DNA of 64,000 nucleotides from an uncultured Alphaproteobacteria bacterium (GTDB lineage Bacteria; Pseudomonadota; Alphaproteobacteria; RF32; CAG-239): NCBI GenBank assembly GCA_944391485.1, contig CALXTQ010000020.1, positions 1,849 to 65,848 of the forward strand, read 5' to 3'. Shown piece by piece: positions 56,366 to 64,000 of this stretch (position 1 is its first letter; each line of letters starts with the position of its first letter). The notes under the pieces were generated by a model. It saw only the letters and a program-made list of their open reading frames with translations, ran no database searches and was not told where the DNA came from. The position numbers and the translations under genes were made by a program.

Positions 56366-58389
56366 TGAGAGCGGAAATTCTTTATAATCTCAATCCCAAA
56401 TTGATCTACCGCCGCCGGCTAAAAGTTTTCGGCCTGATGTTCGTTAGCACACTGCTGGCAACAATCAAATGGATTTATGTTATTCCGACAGATTCATCCC
56501 TGCTGACTAAGTCTCTGATGATCGCGTTGTTCATCATGACGTTTGCCTGGATTTCGCTTTTTTTCTGGTCCAGCATTTTCGGTTTTTTGGAGCTGGTGCG
56601 CAAAAGAGGCGTGCCGGGAATCGTATGGCCCGACAAAAACAAAAAACTGCAGACCAAAACCGCCATTCTGATGCCGGTTTATAACGAATCCTCCCGGGAT
56701 GTTTTTGCCGGTTTGCTGGCAATGGCCGATGATCTGGCAGAAACCGGACAGAGCGAAGCTTACGATATGTTTGTGCTGAGCGACACGACCAACCCCCAAG
56801 TCTGGGTGGAGGAAGAAAGGTTCTGGCTTGAGGCTAAAAGGAAAATCAAAGGTAGTATCAACCTTTATTACCGCCGCCGCTCGAAAAACACAGCCCGCAA
56901 AAGCGGCAATATAGAAGATTTCTGCAACAAATGGGGGGCCGGCTACGATTTTATGATCGTTTTGGACGCCGACAGCCTGATGAGCGGAGAGACAATGCTG
57001 CGAATGTCGCAACTGATGGAAGCCAATCCGCATACCGGAATTATTCAGGCGCCGCCGATGACCGTGGGCGGCACCAGCTTTTTTGCACGCATGCAGCAGT
57101 TTGCAGGCAAAGTATATGGTCCGATTGTTGCCGCCGGTCTGGCCTACTGGCAGGTCGGAGACAGCAACTACTGGGGACATAACGCCATTATCCGCGTCAA
57201 AGCCTTCAAAGAATGCTGCGGACTGCCCGTATTGTCCGGCAAAGCGCCGTTCGGCGGGCATATTCTCAGTCATGATTTTGTCGAGGCGGCTCTTATCCGC
57301 CGCGGCGGATGGGCAGCCTGGCTACTTCCCGAACTCAAGGGAAGCTATGAGGGGCCGCCGCCGACCATGATAGATTTTTCTTGCCGTGACCGCCGCTGGT
57401 GTCAGGGAAACATGCAACATTTAAAGGTGCTGATTTCCAAGCATTTGCATCCCGTCAGTAGAATCCATTTCATTATCGGCATTATGTCTTATTTGTCTTC
57501 GCCGATCTGGCTGTGCTTCCTGCTGGTCGGACTGATGGCCGCGCTCGGACGGGTTGTTTTTCCGCCGGTTTATTTTCCGGAAGTCCATACCCTATTTCCG
57601 ACCTGGCCGATTTTTGACAAGATCGGAACAATTTCGCTGTTTGTGCTGTCCATGGCCATGCTGGTTCTTCCCAAAATTCTGGGGCTTATCGTCTATTATA
57701 TGCAAAACAAAAAGACCGGCGGCGCGTTGAAAAGCACGCTGCTGGAAATAATCATCAGCGCGCTTTCGGCACCGATCATGATGATGTTTCAAAGCAAATT
57801 TGTCCTTGAAATCTTTACGGGGCATGCCGTGGGCTGGAATGCGCAAAACCGCGGCGGCAAAGGCACAAGCTGGCGGGAAGCCGTCAGCCGGCATTTCTGG
57901 CACACCCTTCTCGGACTGCTGACCGCCGTCGTTACCTATCTGTACACGCAGCAGCTGTTCTGGTGGATGCTGCCGATTACGCTCGGTCTGATGCTGTCTA
58001 TTCCGATATCGGTTCTGACTTCGAGAGAAAGCACGGGCTTAAGCGCAAAAAAGCACAATTTCTTTGTTATTCCGGAAGAAATCGACGTTCCGCAGATAAT
58101 GCGGAAAGAAGAAAAATACGCCGAGCTTCTGAACAGGGATGAAAACCTGCCGCAGGGCGTCGAACTGATTATTACGGACCGCCTTATGAACGCACTTCAT
58201 ATATATATGCTTGAAGTCAACGGACCGGCTCCCGAAATTTCGCAACAGGTTTTGGAAACGGCGCAAATAAAACTCGAAAATTATATAAATCACCGACGGG
58301 AGATGGACCTTACCCGCGATGAGGAAATCGCGCTGCTTTACAATCCGGAAATTTTGGAAAAAGCGGCAATTTCACTGCTTCTTCAGTAA
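56365..58389 (+). CDS. opgH: Glucan biosynthesis glucosyltransferase OpgH (MdoH, GT2)
   Basis: 674 aa. TM helices flank a GT2 domain (VLDADSLM, QxxRW-like RRWCQGNMQHL). Confidence 0.85.
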   Translation: MRAEILYNLNPKLIYRRRLKVFGLMFVSTLLATIKWIYVIPTDSSLLTKSLMIALFIMTFAWISLFFWSSIFGFLELVRKRGVPGIVWPDKNKKLQTKTAILMPVYNESSRDVFAGLLAMADDLAETGQSEAYDMFVLSDTTNPQVWVEEERFWLEAKRKIKGSINLYYRRRSKNTARKSGNIEDFCNKWGAGYDFMIVLDADSLMSGETMLRMSQLMEANPHTGIIQAPPMTVGGTSFFARMQQFAGKVYGPIVAAGLAYWQVGDSNYWGHNAIIRVKAFKECCGLPVLSGKAPFGGHILSHDFVEAALIRRGGWAAWLLPELKGSYEGPPPTMIDFSCRDRRWCQGNMQHLKVLISKHLHPVSRIHFIIGIMSYLSSPIWLCFLLVGLMAALGRVVFPPVYFPEVHTLFPTWPIFDKIGTISLFVLSMAMLVLPKILGLIVYYMQNKKTGGALKSTLLEIIISALSAPIMMMFQSKFVLEIFTGHAVGWNAQNRGGKGTSWREAVSRHFWHTLLGLLTAVVTYLYTQQLFWWMLPITLGLMLSIPISVLTSRESTGLSAKKHNFFVIPEEIDVPQIMRKEEKYAELLNRDENLPQGVELIITDRLMNALHIYMLEVNGPAPEISQQVLETAQIKLENYINHRREMDLTRDEEIALLYNPEILEKAAISLLLQ

Positions 58390-58571
58390 TAAAGCCGCTG
58401 CCTGCTCAAAAAGGACGACAGGACGAAGAGAATGCAACTGCCGGCACTGAAACAGATGACAGGGTAAAAAGAAAGCCTCTGCCAGCACAAAAGAACGACC
58501 GGACGAAGAGAACGAAGATCCCACAATCGGAATCCGGAGAAATTTCCGGGGCGGCAGGCGGCTCCGAAGTG

Positions 58572-58964
58572 TCAGAAAATGAACTTTTCCTGAAGCTTTG
58601 CGACAATTGGCCGGTCGGCAGGGGCAAATTCATAACGGGAAAGCTCGGAAACATCTATCCACTGCGTATGTTCGTGAGCCTCCAGTTTCGGCAGATCCTG
58701 CGAAGCACATTCGGCAAAATAAGCCTCCAGGGAAATTGAACCCGTTTCATAATCAAAAACAGATTTGGCAAAAAAATCGCCGACTTTGACATTTATGCCA
58801 AATTCTTCATTGAGTTCCCGCGCCAGGCATTGGGGCATTGTTTCTCCTTCTTCAAGCTTGCCGCCGGGAAACTCCCACAGATACTCCTGAGGCTTTCCCC
58901 TTTTTCGCTGGGCTATCAACAGTTTATTTTCGCAAAAAACCAGACCGGCGCTGACTCTCTTCAT
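58572..58964 (-). CDS. NUDIX hydrolase (MutT-like)
   Basis: Nudix box GGKLEEGETMPQCLARELNEEFGI. Confidence 0.8.
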   Translation of the reverse strand: MKRVSAGLVFCENKLLIAQRKRGKPQEYLWEFPGGKLEEGETMPQCLARELNEEFGINVKVGDFFAKSVFDYETGSISLEAYFAECASQDLPKLEAHEHTQWIDVSELSRYEFAPADRPIVAKLQEKFIF

Positions 58965-59069
58965 AGCTCTTTCCTTTAGTTAGTTCGTATAGTTTTGATT
59001 ATTATAACGTTGATAGATTTTTTTCAAGAAGTATATCTTGGGCGTAATCATTTTAAAACGGAGGAAAAA

Positions 59070-59282
59070 ATGTCAGACAACGATGATTTAAAAGATCTGA
59101 TTGAAGATATTCAGGACGAACTGAAAGAAATCAAGGATCAGCATGAAAAAATTATGGACGAACATGAAAAAATCATGAAAGATCATGAAAAAATTATGGA
59201 CGAACACAAAGATATCCTCAAAGACCATGAGGAAATGAAAGAAGACATAAAAGAAATCAAAGACCATCTTGATAAAGATTAA
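59070..59282 (+). CDS. Small acidic repetitive coiled-coil protein (70 aa)
   Basis: GGAGG 6 nt before the ATG. HEKIMDEHEKIMKDHEKIMDEHKDILKDHEEM repeats. A terminator follows. Confidence 0.4.
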   Translation: MSDNDDLKDLIEDIQDELKEIKDQHEKIMDEHEKIMKDHEKIMDEHKDILKDHEEMKEDIKEIKDHLDKD

Positions 59283-59317
59283 AATTGGTAATTTATTTAC
59301 CAATTTCGTATATAAAA

Positions 59318-59338
59318 GGCGGGAAATCCCGCCTTTTT
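59318..59338 (+). terminator. Intrinsic terminator
   Basis: GGCGGG-AAAT-CCCGCC followed by TTTTT. It is preceded by a second 10-bp hairpin at 59282-59306. Confidence 0.7.
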
Positions 59339-59354
59339 GCTTAACTAACCCCGG

Positions 59355-60662
59355 ATGACCGCCATGGAAATATTTTATGCCTCTTTGAAATCCCTGAAAG
59401 CCGCCGTGTCCCCTTTATCGGCATTTCTGACCGGCACGGCTTTTGTCTGCTGCGGCTACGCCTCCCTTAACTCAACGTTTGCCCTGCGGCTTTCGCAGGA
59501 CCAGACTCCTTTGTATGTTTCCGGTTTTATTCTGGCTCTGTATTACCTCGGCAGCGTTCTGGCATCCATGACAGCCTCGCGGTTCATTAACAAAGTCGGC
59601 AATATCCGCGCATTTTCGGCTTTTACCTCTCTGTTGTCCGCTCTGGTCCTGACGCATATTTTTTCCGCCGAACATTCCTATTGGGCTGTGCTGCGTCTAA
59701 GCGAAGGCTATTGCATCGGCACAATTTCAATGTGTCTGGAAAGCTGGCTGAACACCCGCGCCAATAATAAAAACCGCGGCGTCATCATGTCGCTGTATAT
59801 GGTAACAACCTATCTCGGTTCCAGTCTGGGACAGCTTTTTTTAAATATTCCGGACCATACGGGATATCTCATCTTTATTCTGATTTCGATTATTTTTTCC
59901 GTCGCGCTTATTCCCGTTTCGCTGACCGCCCTTCCCGCGCCCAATATTCAGATTTACAAATCTATGCCCTACAAAAAAGCCTACCAGATTTCTCCGGTCG
60001 GTTTTGTCGGCTGCATTGCCAGCGGTCTGCTGGTCGGAACTTTTTATCTGCTCGGAACCATTTACGCCTCCAATCTCGGTCTGAGTATTAAAGATGTTTC
60101 CTTGTTTATGTTTTTCGGAGTTATCGGCGGGCTGCTCGCACAGTTTCCGGTAGGCAAAATTTCGGACATGACGGACCGGCGCTATGTTTTGATAGCCATC
60201 TGCGCAGCATTGTGCATTTTTGCGCCTCTGTCATATTTTCTTGCGCCACGCGGCGGTCTTTCTCTCATTATTTCCGCTATGCTGGTCGGAAGCTGCATCT
60301 TTACGCTGTATCCGATTTCCGTATCGCACATTAATGACCTGGTTACGGACGAACAGCGCGTTCATGCCAGCGGTCTGCTTATTTTGTCCCAAAATATAGG
60401 ACTGATTTCGGGGCCGATTATTGTCTCCGTCGCCATGAGCAGCCTCGGAAACTGGTTCTTTATCGCGTCGTTTTTCGTAATTTCCGTTTTATTTATCGTT
60501 TTTGCCGTCAGACATATCCGCAAAAAACCGGATATCAAATACATCAGCATTACGCCGACCACGCCTCTGCCGACCGCGCCGACCCATGCTTTTCATGAAC
60601 TGGCAACTCATGACGGCATTTTGGACAAGGCGCAGAAATTTTTTGCGGAAAAAAACGATTAG
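59355..60662 (+). CDS. MFS transporter
   Basis: 435 aa with a 12-TMS hydrophobic profile. Confidence 0.8.
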   Translation: MTAMEIFYASLKSLKAAVSPLSAFLTGTAFVCCGYASLNSTFALRLSQDQTPLYVSGFILALYYLGSVLASMTASRFINKVGNIRAFSAFTSLLSALVLTHIFSAEHSYWAVLRLSEGYCIGTISMCLESWLNTRANNKNRGVIMSLYMVTTYLGSSLGQLFLNIPDHTGYLIFILISIIFSVALIPVSLTALPAPNIQIYKSMPYKKAYQISPVGFVGCIASGLLVGTFYLLGTIYASNLGLSIKDVSLFMFFGVIGGLLAQFPVGKISDMTDRRYVLIAICAALCIFAPLSYFLAPRGGLSLIISAMLVGSCIFTLYPISVSHINDLVTDEQRVHASGLLILSQNIGLISGPIIVSVAMSSLGNWFFIASFFVISVLFIVFAVRHIRKKPDIKYISITPTTPLPTAPTHAFHELATHDGILDKAQKFFAEKND

Positions 60663-60694
60663 CCGAACGGCTCCGGAGAACGGAGCGTTAAAAC

Positions 60695-61375
60695 TTATTC
60701 TTCAATCAGTTCCAGCATGGCGCTGACAAGGTTATGCGCCCCGGCGCTGATTTCGGAAATCCTTTTGCCCAGCATATACGCGGGAACCGTAACAATCCGG
60801 TGCTCCTCATCGACACAGACTTCTGAAGCCGATTTATTTTCGTGAACGGCGCCCATTTTTTCTATGCCGAGGGCTATGTCTTTGTCATTGCCGACCGTTA
60901 CCCGGATTTTATGCTTTCCGAGAACTTTTGCCAGAACGACCGGCGCAATGCACATTGCTCCGATAACCAGCCTCTGCTCATAACTTGCTGTCAGAGCCCT
61001 TTCAATCTCGTGATTTACGCCGCAGGCCGGTCCCTTGACGGCAAAATCGCTCCAGTTAAGCGCGGCTCCGAATCCTCCCGGAAAAATGACGGCGTCATAA
61101 TCGCGCGGATCGAATCCGGACAAATCGCGGATATTGCCTCTGGCTATGCGGGCTGATTCAGCCAAAACATTGCGATTGTCGGCATCGCCTGCAACCGCCG
61201 TCGCCTCGCCGGTAAAGTGATCCATAACGCGGGCCTGCCAGGTATTCGGGGCGAAACACTGATACGCGCATCCAGCCTCGTCTACCGCCAGCATGGCGCA
61301 GACGGCCTCGTGAACCTCGCTTCCGTCAAAAACGCCGCAGCCGGATAATACTATTGCAAACCTAGGGGCATTCAT
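60695..61375 (-). CDS. elbB: DJ-1/PfpI-family protein ElbB (glyoxalase / isoprenoid-biosynthesis enhancer)
   Basis: FAIVLSGCGVFDGSEVHEA...VIFPGGFGAA...GAMCIAP...IVTVPAYM aligns along the E. coli ElbB sequence as I recall it. Confidence 0.8.
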   Translation of the reverse strand: MNAPRFAIVLSGCGVFDGSEVHEAVCAMLAVDEAGCAYQCFAPNTWQARVMDHFTGEATAVAGDADNRNVLAESARIARGNIRDLSGFDPRDYDAVIFPGGFGAALNWSDFAVKGPACGVNHEIERALTASYEQRLVIGAMCIAPVVLAKVLGKHKIRVTVGNDKDIALGIEKMGAVHENKSASEVCVDEEHRIVTVPAYMLGKRISEISAGAHNLVSAMLELIEE

Positions 61376-61513
61376 GTTTACTTTCTCCTGTACTAATTTC
61401 TATGATTGCATTAATAAAGATTACTTATATAATGGCTTTATTATATCAACCTTCAGGTCTGTTTTGTAAAGACTCAGGTTTATTTTGTAATAACTATTAC
61501 AAGGTTTCTATTC

Positions 61514-62776
61514 ATGCAAACAAAAATTACAACTCTTCCCAACGGCCTCAGAATCATCACCAATGAAAGAAAGCAGCTTGAAAGCGTTTCTTTAGGCATC
61601 TGGATCAATACGGGAGCCGCTTATGAAACAAAAGAAATCAACGGTATTTCCCATTTTGTCGAGCATACGGTTTTTAAAGGAACCAAAAGCCGTTCCGCTC
61701 TGCAGATCGCAGAGGAAATTGAAGATGTCGGCGGTCAGAACAATGCCTATACGGGAAGAGAGATTACCGCATATTACGCGAAGATGCTGAAAAATGACGC
61801 TGAACTGGCGCTGGATATTCTGGCAGAACTGGTTACGTGTCCGCAGTTTCCCAAAGATGAAATCGCCCGGGAACAGGATGTGGTTATTCAGGAAATCAAA
61901 CAAACCAACGATAGCCCGGAAGAAGTCATTTTCGATTATTTTCAGGAAAAAGCCTTTTCCGGACAGCCCGTGGGACGAAGTATTCTGGGAACGCAGGAAA
62001 ATATCCGCTCCTTTGATGCAGCCGCTCTCAGAAACTATATGAAAACGCATTACGCGGCAGACAATACGGTTGTCTGCGCAGTCGGCAACATTGATCACGA
62101 CGCGTTTGTCAAAATGGTTGAAAAACGTCTGTCCGCATATCAGCCTAAATCCTCTTTCGTCAAACCAGAGCAAAAATATACCGGAGGTTTTATCTGCGAA
62201 AAAAGAGACATTGAACAGCTTCATCTCATTTTCGGATTTGAAGGAGCGGCTTATGACAATAAGAAATATTATCCCCTGATGCTTTTTTCGACCCTGTTCG
62301 GCGGCGGCATGTCGTCGCGGCTATTTCAGGAAGTGAGGGAAAAACTCGGGTTGGTCTATACCATTTACAATTTTACTCACTCGCTGACGCACAGCGGCAT
62401 TACCGGCATTTATGCGGGAACGACCCATGACCAGCTGGAGAAACTTCTTCCCGTCATCGGAACCGAAGTCCGCAAAATCCGCAACGATCTTGTTGACATC
62501 AAGGAACTCAACCGCGCCAAGGCGCAGTTGAAAGCCAGCATGCTCATGGCTTTGGAAAGCTCTTCCTCATCCACGGAAGTTTTGGCGCGGCAGATGATCT
62601 TCTTCAACCATACGATTCCCATACAGGAAACCGTCGAAAAGATAGAAAACGTTACGCTGAACGATATCCGGGACGCTGCCAACAGAGTGTTCTCCAGCAA
62701 GCTTACCTATGCCGCGCTGGGAGCATATAAATCCATTCCGGATTATGATGAAGTCGAGCGGCTGTTCCATGTCTGA
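61514..62776 (+). CDS. M16-family zinc peptidase (insulinase-like, PqqL/YmxG-type)
   Basis: Inverted zinc motif HFVEH and NAYTGREITAYY. Confidence 0.8.
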   Translation: MQTKITTLPNGLRIITNERKQLESVSLGIWINTGAAYETKEINGISHFVEHTVFKGTKSRSALQIAEEIEDVGGQNNAYTGREITAYYAKMLKNDAELALDILAELVTCPQFPKDEIAREQDVVIQEIKQTNDSPEEVIFDYFQEKAFSGQPVGRSILGTQENIRSFDAAALRNYMKTHYAADNTVVCAVGNIDHDAFVKMVEKRLSAYQPKSSFVKPEQKYTGGFICEKRDIEQLHLIFGFEGAAYDNKKYYPLMLFSTLFGGGMSSRLFQEVREKLGLVYTIYNFTHSLTHSGITGIYAGTTHDQLEKLLPVIGTEVRKIRNDLVDIKELNRAKAQLKASMLMALESSSSSTEVLARQMIFFNHTIPIQETVEKIENVTLNDIRDAANRVFSSKLTYAALGAYKSIPDYDEVERLFHV

Positions 62777-63716
62777 CGAATCGCCTATTAACGATGGTAT
62801 CAGCCTTTATCTAGCAGAGCCTCGGGGGTTTTGTGCCGGCGTGCGCCGCGCGACAGGTCTTGTCGAAGAAACGCTGGCAACATACGGCGCTCCGGTTTAT
62901 GTGCGACACGAAATTGTCCATAACAAGCACGTGATTGCCGATCTGGAAAAGAAAGGCGCCGTTTTTATTGAAGAACTGGATCAGGCTTCTCCGGACAGGC
63001 CGCTTGTTTTCTCCGCGCACGGCGTCAGCAGAACAGTGGCTGAAGAGGCCGGAAGCCTCAGTTTCAACATTATTGACGCAACCTGCCCCCTTGTGGCCAA
63101 AGTTCACCAGCAGGTGCGGAAATACAGCCAAAGCGGCGCGGAAATCATCGTCATCGGCAAAAAAAGACATCCCGAAGTCGTCGGTACGGTCGGACAGGCG
63201 GAAAATCCGCAGCGCGTCCATGTTATCTGCACGCCAGAAGAAGCCACTTCTCTCAATCTGCCGGCAAATATTCCCGTCGCCGTTGTTACGCAGACAACCT
63301 TGTCGACTGATGACACCGCGGAAATTCTTGATATTCTGCACCGGCGTTTTCCCCAATTGAAGGGAATGCCCAAAGGCGATATCTGCTACGCAACCACCAA
63401 CCGTCAGAAAGCCGTCAGAGAGCTGGCCGCTCTGTGCAGCACCGTCATTATTTTGGGTTCCCAAAATTCTTCCAATTCCAAACAACTGAAAGAAACAGCG
63501 CTCAAATACGGCGCCAAAGAGGCGTTTCTGATTGACGACGCGTCCGAACTGGACTGGGATAAAATCGGAGCCGGTCAGCGGATAGGCATCAGCGCCGGTG
63601 CTTCCGCCCCCGAATATCTGGTGGAGGAGCTTATCGGCTGTTTCCGGAAACGTTATAATAAAATTAACATTCATCATGTTATAGTTCATAAAGAGAACGT
63701 GAACTTTAAAATGTGA
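62769..63716 (+). CDS. ispH: 4-hydroxy-3-methylbut-2-enyl diphosphate reductase
   Basis: Start at MSDESP. EPRGFCAGVRRA, SAHGVS, ATCPLV and ICYATTNRQ motifs. The 5' end overlaps the peptidase stop by 8 nt. Confidence 0.9.
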   Translation: MSDESPINDGISLYLAEPRGFCAGVRRATGLVEETLATYGAPVYVRHEIVHNKHVIADLEKKGAVFIEELDQASPDRPLVFSAHGVSRTVAEEAGSLSFNIIDATCPLVAKVHQQVRKYSQSGAEIIVIGKKRHPEVVGTVGQAENPQRVHVICTPEEATSLNLPANIPVAVVTQTTLSTDDTAEILDILHRRFPQLKGMPKGDICYATTNRQKAVRELAALCSTVIILGSQNSSNSKQLKETALKYGAKEAFLIDDASELDWDKIGAGQRIGISAGASAPEYLVEELIGCFRKRYNKINIHHVIVHKENVNFKM

Positions 63717-63725
63717 GGGAAACAA

Positions 63726-64000
63726 ATGTCTCGCGCCGAAGATATTTTTCAGAAACTCGTTTATTTTGGCGAAGACGCTATTGACGAGTTTTTAATCAAT
63801 CTGCAGACCGAAGAGCTGTTTTTGGACTTCAAACAGGCTGTTTCGGCGGGAAACAAAGGAAACTCCCTGCACCGGGACGACCGCAAAAACCTGGCCAAAG
63901 GCATTTCGGGATTTGGAAACTCCGAAGGCGGCGTTATCGTCTGGGGTGTAGAATGCTGCCGGGATGCCGAAATCGGCGACGTGGCGCAGGCCAAAGTCAA
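63726..64000 (+). CDS. AlbA_2/Schlafen-like putative DNA-binding domain protein, partial (continues beyond the right edge)
   Basis: GAGGGA 6 nt before ATG 63726. MSRAEDIFQKLVYFGEDAIDEFLINLQTEELFLDFKQA...GFGNSEGGVIVWGV. Confidence 0.45.
   Translation, partial: MSRAEDIFQKLVYFGEDAIDEFLINLQTEELFLDFKQAVSAGNKGNSLHRDDRKNLAKGISGFGNSEGGVIVWGVECCRDAEIGDVAQAKV

Noticed and set aside
51329-57903. Assorted nested ORFs in the mla operon, opgG and opgH: e.g. 51629-52189, 54396-54830, 54924-55262, 56494-57273 (259 aa), 57592-57903
   Set aside because: They are nested or antisense to genes with clear ABC, MCE, OpgG and GT2 features.
61592-63725. Minus-strand ORFs 61592-62224 (210 aa) and 62811-63725 (304 aa) opposite the M16 peptidase and ispH
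   Set aside because: The plus-strand genes have unambiguous HxxEH and IspH motifs. The minus-strand translations are artefacts.
1-64000. Scan for rRNA, tRNA and tmRNA genes and for CRISPR arrays
   Set aside because: No cloverleaf-compatible T-arm/anticodon arrangements, no rRNA-like conserved blocks, and no regularly spaced repeats with 25-40 bp spacers were found by eye. tRNAscan/Infernal would be needed for confirmation.

Overview
The window is a mosaic proteobacterial chromosome segment in two compositional blocks.

Block 1, about 1-33,000, is strongly AT-rich (roughly 30% GC by eye, with a few ~45% GC inserts) and looks like a horizontally acquired accessory/defense island. From the left it carries:
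- a McrBC-like modification-dependent restriction pair;
- secreted ankyrin-repeat proteins;
- an iteron-like repeat array next to a small winged-helix protein;
- Type I R-M hsdM/hsdS genes with no hsdR in the window, plus a pentapeptide-repeat/excisionase-HTH protein;
- two different Fic-family genes, each preceded by a copy of a conserved ~100-300 bp element and a near-consensus sigma70 promoter;
- a truncated Mrr-type nuclease gene;
- an unusual three-gene operon: a NadR/AAA_28-like P-loop kinase, an S51 PepE-like peptidase, and a class II LysRS/AsnRS-like catalytic core fused to thymidylate kinase. It is transcribed divergently from a horizontally acquired class I lysyl-tRNA synthetase (lysK). 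This is my lead candidate for an undescribed system;
- a DUF234-type AAA ATPase;
- a tandemly duplicated lipoprotein with a lysozyme-like effector module, including an orphan C-terminal copy;
- two decayed serine recombinase genes, one of them at the island edge.

Block 2, about 33,000-64,000, is GC-rich (roughly 55% by eye) ordinary core genome. It carries aldose epimerase and NUDIX genes, MFS transporters, an MscK-like channel, secreted ankyrin and RTX-repeat proteins, the adiC-adiA-hdeD acid-resistance cluster, ygiW-qseBC, an Mla/MCE-type ABC transporter, opgG/opgH, elbB, an M16 peptidase and ispH.

No rRNA, tRNA or CRISPR array was recognised. All calls come from reading the translations and the sequence by eye; no database searches were run.
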